Positions 49,049 through 57,990 of a stretch of DNA of 64,000 bases are shown here, piece after piece; the stretch's first letter is position 1, and every line of letters starts with the position of its first letter. Where the stretch lies: NCBI GenBank assembly GCA_963774955.1, contig CAVZGV010000004.1, positions 3,522-67,521 on the forward strand, in the 5' to 3' direction. The position numbers and the translations under genes are program-made. The DNA comes from Candidatus Falkowbacteria bacterium. GTDB lineage: Bacteria; Patescibacteriota; Patescibacteriia; CAIXNZ01. The notes beneath the pieces are model-generated. The model saw nothing but the letters and a program-made list of their open reading frames with translations. It did not search any database and was not told where the DNA came from.

Positions 49049-50245
49049 ATGGTGGAAGCAAATAATCATAGAATAGAGCTTAAGCCGATATTGGAAGCTG
49101 CTGCCAAAGCAGGCGCTTCTGATATCCATCTTCGGCCCGGTTTGCCGGTCATTTTCAGGGTAAACGGAGCTCTTGGACCTTATAACAAAGACGAGAAACT
49201 TTCTCCTGACCAGATGGAACAGATTATTAATACCATGCTGGACAAAAAGCAAAGGGAGAAATTTGAACGCAAAAGCGAAATCGACCTGGCTTACAGCGTC
49301 CCGGGACTGGGACGTTTTCGGGTCAATGTTTTCATGCAGCGCAGCACAAAGGCAATTGTTCTGCGGCGAATTCCCCATGAGATTCTGACCCTTGATCAGT
49401 TAAATCTGCCGCCAATCATCGGAAAAATTTCTCAGGAGCATCACGGACTAATTTTGGTGACAGGGACAACAGGTTCCGGTAAAACCACCACCTTGGCAGC
49501 CATGATTGACTTAATCAATGCTAACCGCAGCTGCCATATTGTCACCATTGAAGACCCGATCGAAATTCTGCATCGCAGTAAAAAAAGCATCGTAGATCAA
49601 CGGGAAGTCGGCATTGACACTGATTCTTTCGGCGAAGCCCTGAGATCAGCCCTGCGCCAGGATCCCAATGTCATTCTGGTTGGAGAAATGCGTGATTTGG
49701 TTACCATTGAAACCGCCTTAAGGGCAGCTGATACCGGACACTTGGTTTTAAGCACGCTGCATACTCTGGATGCAACTGAAACTATTTCCCGGATTATCAG
49801 CGAATTCCCGGCCAACCAGCAAAAACAGATCCGAATGCTTTTAAGCACCATCATTAAGGCTGTCATTTCCCAGCGCCTGGTTCCAACCATTGATGGCCAG
49901 GGCCGAGTCGTAGCTGCGGAAATCATGATCAGCAATGAAAGGCTCCGCAGCTACATCAGGGATGAGACTAAAACCAACAATCTCCGAGAAGTCATCGGTG
50001 AAGGCAAAGAGCATTACAAAATGCAGACCTTTGATCAGGCCCTGATGGAACTATATAAAAAGAAAATCATCAGCCTGGAAACAGCACTCAAAGAATGCAC
50101 CAATGCTGACAACTTCAAGCTTAAAATATCCGGTATCGACAGCTCGGAAGACTCGCGTTCCTGGGGTACTACAGAAAACGACAATGATCCAGAGGATGGG
50201 AGCGGTTCTCCAGGCAGTGAAGACCTGGAAATCGAACGGTTCTGA
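49049..50245 (+). CDS. pilT: Type IV pilus retraction ATPase PilT with acidic C-terminal tail
   Basis: Walker A GTTGSGKTTT, Asp box, Walker B ILVGEMRD, His box. About 350-aa core plus DNDPEDGSGSPGSEDLEIERF tail. Confidence 0.9.
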   Translation: MVEANNHRIELKPILEAAAKAGASDIHLRPGLPVIFRVNGALGPYNKDEKLSPDQMEQIINTMLDKKQREKFERKSEIDLAYSVPGLGRFRVNVFMQRSTKAIVLRRIPHEILTLDQLNLPPIIGKISQEHHGLILVTGTTGSGKTTTLAAMIDLINANRSCHIVTIEDPIEILHRSKKSIVDQREVGIDTDSFGEALRSALRQDPNVILVGEMRDLVTIETALRAADTGHLVLSTLHTLDATETISRIISEFPANQQKQIRMLLSTIIKAVISQRLVPTIDGQGRVVAAEIMISNERLRSYIRDETKTNNLREVIGEGKEHYKMQTFDQALMELYKKKIISLETALKECTNADNFKLKISGIDSSEDSRSWGTTENDNDPEDGSGSPGSEDLEIERF

Positions 50246-50258
50246 CAATCAACTTAAA

Positions 50259-50286
50259 GCGGTTCCGCAACGCGGAACCGCTTTTT
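50259..50286 (+). terminator. Rho-independent terminator
   Basis: gcggttccgc-aa-cgcggaaccgc followed by ttttt. Confidence 0.85.
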
Positions 50287-50504
50287 CTATTATTCAAAAA
50301 GTGTCAATCGGCATTGACACTCTGCATTGACCGAAATCTAAATATTTGCTATAATGGAGGACACAAATATAAAGAAATAGGAAAATTCACTTTTTAAGCA
50401 CGAAATTGGAACCTTAGCCAAATTCCTAAAAACCCAATAAAATCAAGGCTTTTACAGCTACACCAATAAAATATTTATTATATTATTAATTAAGCCCCAA
50501 AAAT

Positions 50505-50822
50505 ATGTTATCCTTTTTCTTTATCGGTTTTGTTGAAATGATTATCTGCACTATCTGGACCAAAGTAGTTAATAAAAGTCAGGTCTGGGCCAGTGGCGCA
50601 GTTACTTTGATTGAAATTGTGGTCTGGTACTTTGTGATTGAAGCTATCATTTCTGACATCAACAACTGGAGCATTATTTTGGCCTATGCCTTAGGCTGCG
50701 CTTTGGGGACAATGTGTTCTACCTATTATTTCCAGATCATGGAAAAAGTAGAACGCCGGCTGAAACGCTATAAAAGAAAGCCCAGCTGGAAAAAAATCAT
50801 TCTTAATGTCTTCTCTTGGTAA
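50505..50822 (+). CDS. Hypothetical membrane protein
   Basis: 105 aa, 3 TM segments. Terminator at 50925. Confidence 0.4.
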   Translation: MLSFFFIGFVEMIICTIWTKVVNKSQVWASGAVTLIEIVVWYFVIEAIISDINNWSIILAYALGCALGTMCSTYYFQIMEKVERRLKRYKRKPSWKKIILNVFSW

Positions 50823-50924
50823 AAATAGACTTAATTTTCTTAATTTTAATGGCCTGCGAAATTCTGCGGCTCCAGGCCAAAGGACTCTGGTTTAGACTGC
50901 ATCTACCTGTCTAATTTCATAAAA

Positions 50925-50952
50925 ACACCCCGCGATGCGGGGTGTTTTTATT
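50925..50952 (+). terminator. Rho-independent terminator
   Basis: acaccccgc-gat-gcggggtgt followed by ttttatttttgg. Confidence 0.85.
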
Positions 50953-50998
50953 TTTGGTAAAATAATATATAATATATAATATTAATTAAAATTAATTT

Positions 50999-51226
50999 AT
51001 GACATATTTAATTATTTTAAATGTTTTCGGATTTACTCTCGATGTAATCGGAAAAATAATCGTGGCTTATACTGCCTTGGCTGTGCATCATCGTTTTCGC
51101 CATGAGCATAAAGTTGACACAGCTGTTTTTAGAGCCATGAAAAAAGAGAATTACTACGCTATTTTAGGTATTGTCCTAATAATTTTAGGTTATATCCTGC
51201 AAATACCCCACAAATTAGTTATTTAA
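50999..51226 (+). CDS. Hypothetical small membrane protein
   Basis: 75 aa, 2 TM segments. Confidence 0.35.
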   Translation: MTYLIILNVFGFTLDVIGKIIVAYTALAVHHRFRHEHKVDTAVFRAMKKENYYAILGIVLIILGYILQIPHKLVI

Positions 51227-51290
51227 TTTTTTGCATCATAATTTAAAAAGAGCGAACCGTGAAGTTCGCTCTTTATGATTGGAATTGTTC

Positions 51291-52463
51291 TTACTTTTCA
51301 GGCTTAAACACAATGGTTTTGCCTGAACCGAATCTTGACTCCAGCACAACCCGCGGCGGATGATGACCAGTCACAATCCTTCCGCACCGCTGAGCATAAA
51401 GATTAAAGCGTTCTGCTTCTGCTTCAAATCTCGGCTGATCTTCAAGATCAATAACTGCCAGCATGCCCTGGCCGCCATTCCAGGTTTTATAGCATTCTTC
51501 CTCTGACATATCTCTCCACTGAGCGCATTTGGCCATGATTTGAGGCGGTTCAAACAGGCTGTCCAAAACTGCGGAAAAACCCCGCGGGAAAAGAATGTCC
51601 TTGGCCAGTTTGGATTCAATGGCTCCTCCTGATAAATGCACCAGCAAGTGCACTTTTATAACCGGCTTAAAACCCGGGGGATTAGACCAGCCATTGAGAT
51701 AAGTTAAAAACCGGTCATACAAAATTGAGGGGACCGCACAGGCCATAATGTCCAACTCTGCCAAAGGATTAGCCCACCAGGCATCGCCATATTTAAGCTT
51801 CAGAGCTTTACGCACTGAACTGATGCCATTAGCCCGGAATCCATGTTCCTGCAAGGCCATGATGATCTGACCGGGCTCCAAAGTCTTTCCCAGAATCATT
51901 TTTTGACGATGATAAAGTCCGGTCATCACCCCTGCCCAGTTGAATTTAAATCTGGCCTCAGGATTTTCAGAGCCGACACATACACCCAGCTCAGCTGTTT
52001 CACCCGTTATAATCACCACCTGTGATTCAGCGGCAGCCTGACGAGCGCTCATTATAACTTCCCTGGCGGCCTTATTTGTAGGTGAACCTTTTTCACCCAA
52101 AGTACTGGTGTCCAGCACACTGGCAAACACCAGCGGAATACCGCCCCAACGGGAAATGTCGCTGGCCGTCATGGCAAAAACTTCATGAGCGGCATGATGA
52201 TAAGCGCGGGCCGCATCAATTAAAACAACTTTAGTACCTGGGCCGTCAGCAGCTTTTGTTTCCATGCAACCATTGGGAACCTTTTTAAAAGTGTATCCCC
52301 GCGGGCCGCGAAAATTACCGGCTGACATGTCCAAAACTTTCACCTGAGGAGAAAATTTATAAGTCTGCCTGCAAATTTCTCCTGCAAAAGCTGAAAAATC
52401 ATCACCTTCTTCAATATTGACCCCATCCTGTCTGTACTTGTCTTCCTTTCGCCCCTTAACCAT
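51291..52463 (-). CDS. AIR-synthase-related (PurM-like) protein
   Basis: PurM-family N- and C-domain-like segments (DGPGTKVVL ... VIITGETAELG). Start moved to MVKGRKED (52463), which has a gaaaggag RBS. The longer ORF would overlap the conserved promoter/operator. Confidence 0.55.
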   Translation of the reverse strand: MVKGRKEDKYRQDGVNIEEGDDFSAFAGEICRQTYKFSPQVKVLDMSAGNFRGPRGYTFKKVPNGCMETKAADGPGTKVVLIDAARAYHHAAHEVFAMTASDISRWGGIPLVFASVLDTSTLGEKGSPTNKAAREVIMSARQAAAESQVVIITGETAELGVCVGSENPEARFKFNWAGVMTGLYHRQKMILGKTLEPGQIIMALQEHGFRANGISSVRKALKLKYGDAWWANPLAELDIMACAVPSILYDRFLTYLNGWSNPPGFKPVIKVHLLVHLSGGAIESKLAKDILFPRGFSAVLDSLFEPPQIMAKCAQWRDMSEEECYKTWNGGQGMLAVIDLEDQPRFEAEAERFNLYAQRCGRIVTGHHPPRVVLESRFGSGKTIVFKPEK

Positions 52464-52534
52464 CTTTCTTTTCTCCTTTCTTATTTTGAAATGTACAATC
52501 TTGTTTTTTCTGATTTTCTTTACCTTATTAAATT

Positions 52535-52552
52535 GGTTGATGTTTGTCAACC
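52535..52552. promoter_or_regulatory. Palindromic operator-like site GGTTGA-N6-TCAACC within a 44-bp block conserved upstream of two minus-strand genes
   Basis: ctttaccttattaaattggttgatgtttgtcaaccgatattta at 52521-52564 is repeated nearly identically at 53521-53563. Contains TTGACA on the minus strand. Confidence 0.5.
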
Positions 52553-52559
52553 GATATTT

Positions 52560-52730
52560 ACTGATTCCGACTTTATTTTATGTGAAAGGTGTAACGGTAA
52601 AGATGTTAGTTAAGTGAATAGTGATAAGTGTAAGGTAATTATAAAAACTTAACACATAATACTTAATCCTAAACTTACATCCTAACCTTTTGACTATTCA
52701 CTAAAAAGAAAAACCCCGCATCTTACGACA
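52560..52730. repeat. Copy of the roughly 110-nt long variant sub-element (ggtgtaacggtaaagatg...cctaacc...ctattcac) of the hairpin-box family
   Basis: Shares ggtaaagatg, taagtgt and cctaacc blocks and an outer gtgaatag/ctattcac-type stem with copies at 31530, 31770, 34140, 34935, 53590 and 19380 (reversed). Confidence 0.7.
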
Positions 52731-52742
52731 CGGAGTTTGTTA

Positions 52743-53477
52743 TCAACGTGAACATTCCCTTAGAATATTCACCCTGACATTGAATTTATTAAGATACTGA
52801 CTTAACCGCTGCAGATTAACCTCAGTGGCAAAGAGTATCTGAAATCCAATTTTCTCCGGATCATCGGGTTTGGCATTGGGCAGGACAGCAATAATTTCAC
52901 CGTACTTTTTCAGCCAATCCGTAACCTTTTTATACCCGCTGTCAAAATTATTCATGTTGAACAAAACTCCGACGATTACCAGGCTGATATCTTTGGCCTG
53001 CAGATTTTCTTCCAAACGATGTTCTTCATACTCCCCCAAAGTCTTGCGAATATCCGGCGGAATAATATCTTTGACCGCGTTATCAGCGACCTCAACCACC
53101 TCAGCTCTACCATCAGCAAGATTATTCAGGTTAAGAATAATCTTGTCCGGAGAAACTTCATTGGGGGAATCGGAGTGGATCATTGCCTCAAGATTTTCAA
53201 TAGCTTCAAAAAGAGCATCCAGGATGTTTTGAGCGATGGGAAGCTGACCCAACCGCATTCTGGACAGAAGATTTTCCATAGCATGCGCCAGCTTGCTCAT
53301 GCCCTGAAAACCAAAAACGCCACAAGAACCCTTGAGTGTATGAGCAGCGCGGAAAATACCGTTAAGTATATCCGGATCAACTTTTCCTTTGGCTTTTAAA
53401 GAATTTTCATACTTCAAAAGCCCCTGGCTCATTGCGTCTATGAGTTCTTCCGCCTCGCCGGCAAAATCTTTATCCAT
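52743..53477 (-). CDS. HPt (histidine phosphotransfer) domain protein
   Basis: N-terminal four-helix HPt signature AAHTLKGSCGVFG. RBS ggaggaggt upstream of MDKDF. Confidence 0.55.
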   Translation of the reverse strand: MDKDFAGEAEELIDAMSQGLLKYENSLKAKGKVDPDILNGIFRAAHTLKGSCGVFGFQGMSKLAHAMENLLSRMRLGQLPIAQNILDALFEAIENLEAMIHSDSPNEVSPDKIILNLNNLADGRAEVVEVADNAVKDIIPPDIRKTLGEYEEHRLEENLQAKDISLVIVGVLFNMNNFDSGYKKVTDWLKKYGEIIAVLPNAKPDDPEKIGFQILFATEVNLQRLSQYLNKFNVRVNILRECSR

Positions 53478-53537
53478 GACTACCTCCTCCCTTTTTAATG
53501 TACAGATTATATGGATTTTTCTTTACCTTATTAAATT

Positions 53538-53555
53538 GGTTGGTGTTTGTCAACC
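53538..53555. promoter_or_regulatory. Second copy of the palindromic operator-like site (GGTTGG-N6-TCAACC)
   Basis: Within the conserved block upstream of the HPt gene. Confidence 0.5.
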
Positions 53556-53559
53556 GATA

Positions 53560-53710
53560 TTTAAAAATTTCGACTTTATTATAAGTTAAAGGTGTAAAGG
53601 TAAAGATGTTAGTTAAGTAAATAGTGTTAAGTGTTAGCTAATATAAAACACTTTTCACTTATAACCTAAGACCAGACTCACATCCTAACCTTTTCACTCT
53701 TCACCAAAGA
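53560..53710. repeat. Copy of the long variant sub-element of the hairpin-box family
   Basis: aaaggtgtaaaggtaaagatgttagttaagtaaatagtgttaagtgt...catcctaacc. Confidence 0.7.
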
Positions 53711-53741
53711 AAAACCCCCTGCACCGTACGGTACAGGGGGC
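53707..53741 (-). terminator. Rho-independent terminator of purL
   Basis: On the minus strand: ccccctgtaccgtacggtgcaggggg followed by tttttctttgg. Confidence 0.8.
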
Positions 53742-53785
53742 TGGTTGCGAAATTTTACTTGTGTTCCATTTTATCCGCCAAAGCT

Positions 53786-56700
53786 TTATGCGGAGGCGGA
53801 ACACCACTGATAGGCGTTTTGGAACAATTTGAGCCAGGGTGAGGCCAGCAGTATCTGCCAGTCTTCCGGCAAATACGGCCACTGCCACAAATGGAAACAT
53901 CTTTCAGGGTGAGGCATCATAGCCAGGTGACGGCCAGTCGGATCGCACAAGGCAGTTATTCCAAGAGGCGAACCATTGGGATTGAACGGATAAATATCCG
54001 TCATCAATCCCTGGTCGTCAACGAAACGGATCGGTGCCAGTTCCTTTTGCAGAATCTGATCCATCACCTTACTGTCAGGTGAATGGAACCGACCTTCACC
54101 GTGAGCCACCCAGATCCCTAAAGTTGATCCGGACATGCCCTGCAACATAATTGCCGGACTCTCCAGAATGGTTACGGTTGAGAACCTGGATTCAAACCGC
54201 CCCGAAGTGTTGCGGATGAATCTCGGTTGGATCTTATCAGCCAGGTTATCAAACGGCACCCAGCCAAGCAAGGCCATGAGCTGACAGCCGTTGCAGATGC
54301 CGAGGCTGAAAGTATCCTTGCGGTTCTTGAACTTTTTGAACTGGTTGCGCACCCGCTTATTGAAGCGAATCACGCCAGCCCACCCCTTGCCGGCATCGAG
54401 CACGTCAGCGTAAGAAAATCCGCCGACAAAGACAATGCCGACAAACTCGTCCAGAGTAACCCGACCGCTGATCAAGTCAGACATGATCACGTCATGGACT
54501 TCAAAGCCCGCGAGATGAAACGCGGCTCTCATTTCCGCATCGCCATTGGATCCTTCGGAACGAAGAATGGCGACTTTGGGTTTTCTTTGGGCTTCCAAAA
54601 TTTTGGCCGAAGTCGGCTTGGGCATGAAGCTGAGGTTATACTGCGGACCTTGGCGGTCAAAATTAACCTCGCGCTCCTGTTCCACGCACTCCGGATTGGC
54701 CTGCAAACGATCGATCTGGTAACTGGTTTCTTCCCAGACATCGCGCAGGGTAGGCATTGCTGACCAGAAAACTTCCTGACCATGATTGGTCAATTTGATT
54801 TCCTGTTCTTGGCTGGTCCAGCCAAGAACGTGGCAGCAGTCCGTCAATCCGTGACACCGCAAGATGCCGCGGATTTTCTTTTCGTCTTCCGGCAGGTACT
54901 CGATCACCAGACCCAATTCTTCATTGAAGAAATAATTGAGCCAGTTTATTTTTTTGCCCTGCTGTAAATCGAGGTCCAAACCGCAATTTCCGGCAAAGGC
55001 CATTTCCAGTAAACAAGTGATCAAGCCGCCGTCTGACCGGTCATGTCCGGACAGTGTCAGACCTTCTCTGATTAATTGCTGCATGGCTTTGAAAGCCTGC
55101 TTGAGCAGTTGAGGATCTTCCACGTCTGGAACTTCATTACCGACCTGTTCATAAACCTGAGCCAAAGCAGAACCGCCTAAGCGCTGTTTGCCCTCGGCCA
55201 AATCAATAAGCATGAGTTTGCTTTGACCGGGTTTTTTGAGATCAGGAGTGACTTTCAGCCTGATATCAGGCATGGCCGCATAAGCAGACATGACCAGCGT
55301 ACCTGGTGCCTTGACTGTTTCGCTGAAACCATCAGGATGATTGACTTTGGCTGCCATGCTCAGACTGTCTTTGCCACCGTCAATAGCCGGACCGTCCAGA
55401 TCTTCCAGGAATTTTCCCAAGGCCAGGACTGCTTCATAGAGCCTTGCGCCTTCATCATCGACTTTGGCCGCCCACATCCAGTTGGCTGAGAACCTGACAT
55501 GCTCAAACTGGGTAATGACTGCCCAGCAGAGATTGGTAAAGGCTTCAGCTGCTGACATGCGCGCCATGGCCGCGTTATTGACCAGGCCGATGATGGGCCG
55601 TTCGCCAATAGAAGTGGCAGCGCCAGTGAATTGAAAGTGGCTATTGGCTACTGCCGCATAGTCTGACAAAGTCAGCTGTAAAGGACCGACGCATTGCTGC
55701 TGGGCAATCAAGCCCGTAACACTACGATCGACCTTGCTGGTGAGAAAACGTTTGGACCCGACAGACAAAAGCCGCAGCACTTTTTCCAGTGCTTGGCCGA
55801 TGGTCATGTCTTCAGGCAGTATCAAAGGCAGAAGTCTGTCTTTGACGCGCGTGAACTCAAATTTCTTCTGGGGCACTTTGCCGAAAATCTGTTCCAGAGA
55901 AAGATTTACCGGCTTGGCGCCCTTTTTGTCTTTGACCACGATCATGCCGTCACCGGTAATTTTACCGATGATCGCATAAGGGCATTCTTCGCGCTCGCAG
56001 ATGGAAATGAACTGTTTCAAGCGCGACTTCTTGATGACGATAAAGTAGCGTTCCTGAGATTCATTGCCCCAGATTTCCATCTTGGACAGAGTCGGATCGC
56101 CCAGTGGCAGTTTGGCCATGTTGATGAGAGCGCCATACGGATTGACGCCTTCGGGAATGGCATTGCAATTGCCGCCTGCACCCAGGTCGTGGATGATCAG
56201 AATCGGAGATTGGTCGCCCATGGCAATGCAGGCATTGATGACACGGGCTGTTTTCTGTTCCATTTCCGCGTCGCCGCGCTGCACCGCATTGAAATCGAGC
56301 TTGGCCGTGCTGGCGCCCTGAATCATGCTGGATGCCGCGCCGCCGCCCATGCCGATGCGATAATTGGGACCGCCCAGAATGATAACGATATCACCCTTTT
56401 GCGGTTCCAGTTTTTTGACGTGACGGCTGTCCATCTGGCCAATTCCGCCGGTGAACATGATGGGCTTGAACCAGGAACGACGTTGACCCGCCACCATAAA
56501 TTCGTTGGAGCGGGAAAAGCCGAGAATCACTGGCTCACCGATTTCATTGCCGTAGCGTGATGCGCCGTTAGACGCTTCAATGAGAATTTCCAGCGGTGTG
56601 GCCAGGTTATCTACCAACGGCCAATCAGGATGTTCCCATTCCAGGTCATAGCCGGGAATACGCAAACCGCCGACGCAGTATGCAGCCGTGCCCGCAATCA

Positions 56701-57688
56701 TCATACCGCCGATACCAACCGCATACACGTCACGAATGCGACCGCCAGTGCCTGTTTCTGCTCCGGGGAATGGAGCAACTCCGCTGGGGAAATTGTGCGT
56801 TTCCGCCGTAAACAGAATGTGGTAATGCAGTCTCTGTCCTTCCCACTTGCAGGACTGGCCAGCCAAAGTGGGCAAGATGGTCCAGACATCCCAGCCTTCA
56901 ATCGTGGAGGAATTGTCATGGAAAGCAATGATGCTGTTGCCTGGTTTTTTCTTCCAGGCAGCCGTAACAATTTCCCACAAGGTGAGCGGCATGGATTTAC
57001 CGTCAATGTACATCTTGCCTTTCCAGAAATGATGGCGGCAATGTTCCGAGCCGGCTTGCGCCAACTGGAACAGTTCCACATCAGTAGGATTCCGTTTTAA
57101 AACGTCGCAGAACAAATGAAGGTAGTAATCAAAGTCCTGCGAATCCATGGCCAAGCCCAGTTCTTTGTTGGCTTTTTCCAAGGCCGCCCTGCCCTGTTCC
57201 AGAAGCGGGATGATTTTCATGGGCGCAGGCTTAAGGCCGGTGGAAAAAGTTGTCAGAGGCTTGGCATAGGGCATTTCGGTCATACGGTCATAAACCGACT
57301 CAATGAATCGAGCCGGAACTTCCTGTCCATTCAGGAAATACCGCCGGGAAACTTCCAGGCGGGTAACCTTGGTCAGGCCACAGGCGTGGCAAATAGCGAC
57401 AGCGTTGGTGGACTGAGGCGTGGTCCGATTCATGGTCGGACCGACTTCAATCACGTTCGTGCCAAGGAAACTTTTAGGCCTGGTTTTTTCAGGTTCAAAT
57501 GTTTCCGCCAGCAACCAGCGCAGCTTTTTCAGCTCGGCCGGTGTCATGGGCGAACTGGTCTCCACATTGAAACACAGTTCAGTTTTCAGACCCTGCAAAC
57601 CAAACTGGGCCTGCAAAGCACTGACTTTGTCCTCGGTTACACCCGGTTGCCGGTAAAAATGTAACACCTTACCCTCTTGTGCTTTCAT
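53786..57688 (-). CDS. purL: Phosphoribosylformylglycinamidine synthase, single-chain large form
   Basis: 1300-aa intact ORF with N-terminal PurS-like region, central AIRS domains and C-terminal glutamine amidotransferase (GICNGCQ catalytic Cys). Confidence 0.95.
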   Translation of the reverse strand: MKAQEGKVLHFYRQPGVTEDKVSALQAQFGLQGLKTELCFNVETSSPMTPAELKKLRWLLAETFEPEKTRPKSFLGTNVIEVGPTMNRTTPQSTNAVAICHACGLTKVTRLEVSRRYFLNGQEVPARFIESVYDRMTEMPYAKPLTTFSTGLKPAPMKIIPLLEQGRAALEKANKELGLAMDSQDFDYYLHLFCDVLKRNPTDVELFQLAQAGSEHCRHHFWKGKMYIDGKSMPLTLWEIVTAAWKKKPGNSIIAFHDNSSTIEGWDVWTILPTLAGQSCKWEGQRLHYHILFTAETHNFPSGVAPFPGAETGTGGRIRDVYAVGIGGMMIAGTAAYCVGGLRIPGYDLEWEHPDWPLVDNLATPLEILIEASNGASRYGNEIGEPVILGFSRSNEFMVAGQRRSWFKPIMFTGGIGQMDSRHVKKLEPQKGDIVIILGGPNYRIGMGGGAASSMIQGASTAKLDFNAVQRGDAEMEQKTARVINACIAMGDQSPILIIHDLGAGGNCNAIPEGVNPYGALINMAKLPLGDPTLSKMEIWGNESQERYFIVIKKSRLKQFISICEREECPYAIIGKITGDGMIVVKDKKGAKPVNLSLEQIFGKVPQKKFEFTRVKDRLLPLILPEDMTIGQALEKVLRLLSVGSKRFLTSKVDRSVTGLIAQQQCVGPLQLTLSDYAAVANSHFQFTGAATSIGERPIIGLVNNAAMARMSAAEAFTNLCWAVITQFEHVRFSANWMWAAKVDDEGARLYEAVLALGKFLEDLDGPAIDGGKDSLSMAAKVNHPDGFSETVKAPGTLVMSAYAAMPDIRLKVTPDLKKPGQSKLMLIDLAEGKQRLGGSALAQVYEQVGNEVPDVEDPQLLKQAFKAMQQLIREGLTLSGHDRSDGGLITCLLEMAFAGNCGLDLDLQQGKKINWLNYFFNEELGLVIEYLPEDEKKIRGILRCHGLTDCCHVLGWTSQEQEIKLTNHGQEVFWSAMPTLRDVWEETSYQIDRLQANPECVEQEREVNFDRQGPQYNLSFMPKPTSAKILEAQRKPKVAILRSEGSNGDAEMRAAFHLAGFEVHDVIMSDLISGRVTLDEFVGIVFVGGFSYADVLDAGKGWAGVIRFNKRVRNQFKKFKNRKDTFSLGICNGCQLMALLGWVPFDNLADKIQPRFIRNTSGRFESRFSTVTILESPAIMLQGMSGSTLGIWVAHGEGRFHSPDSKVMDQILQKELAPIRFVDDQGLMTDIYPFNPNGSPLGITALCDPTGRHLAMMPHPERCFHLWQWPYLPEDWQILLASPWLKLFQNAYQWCSASA

Positions 57689-57990
57689 CTTAGCCTCCTT
57701 TTACCCCCCGAAGCTTTAACTCAGGAGGGCATTGTTTTGTGATTTTGTTTTTATCCTTAAAACCCTAATTTTCAAAGTTCAAATATATAAAAAATAAAAA
57801 ATTGTCCCCCTTGAACAATTTTCTTATTTGCCTTAAATTTAGCATTTTGGCGATATTTGTCAAACGGTTTTCGCTATCGACAAACGTAACGTTTACCGAG
57901 ACAGAGAAACGTAAAATAAAATAATTCCCATGGGTACTTCAAAAATATCTCAATATTTGCTAAGATTATAATATAATTAATTCTCAATTT

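Noticed and set aside
51291-52550. Longer N-terminus (MTNINQFNKVKKIRKNK...) for the PurM-like gene
   Set aside because: The extension would be encoded by the conserved promoter/operator block that is duplicated upstream of the HPt gene. The internal MVKGRKED start has a good RBS.
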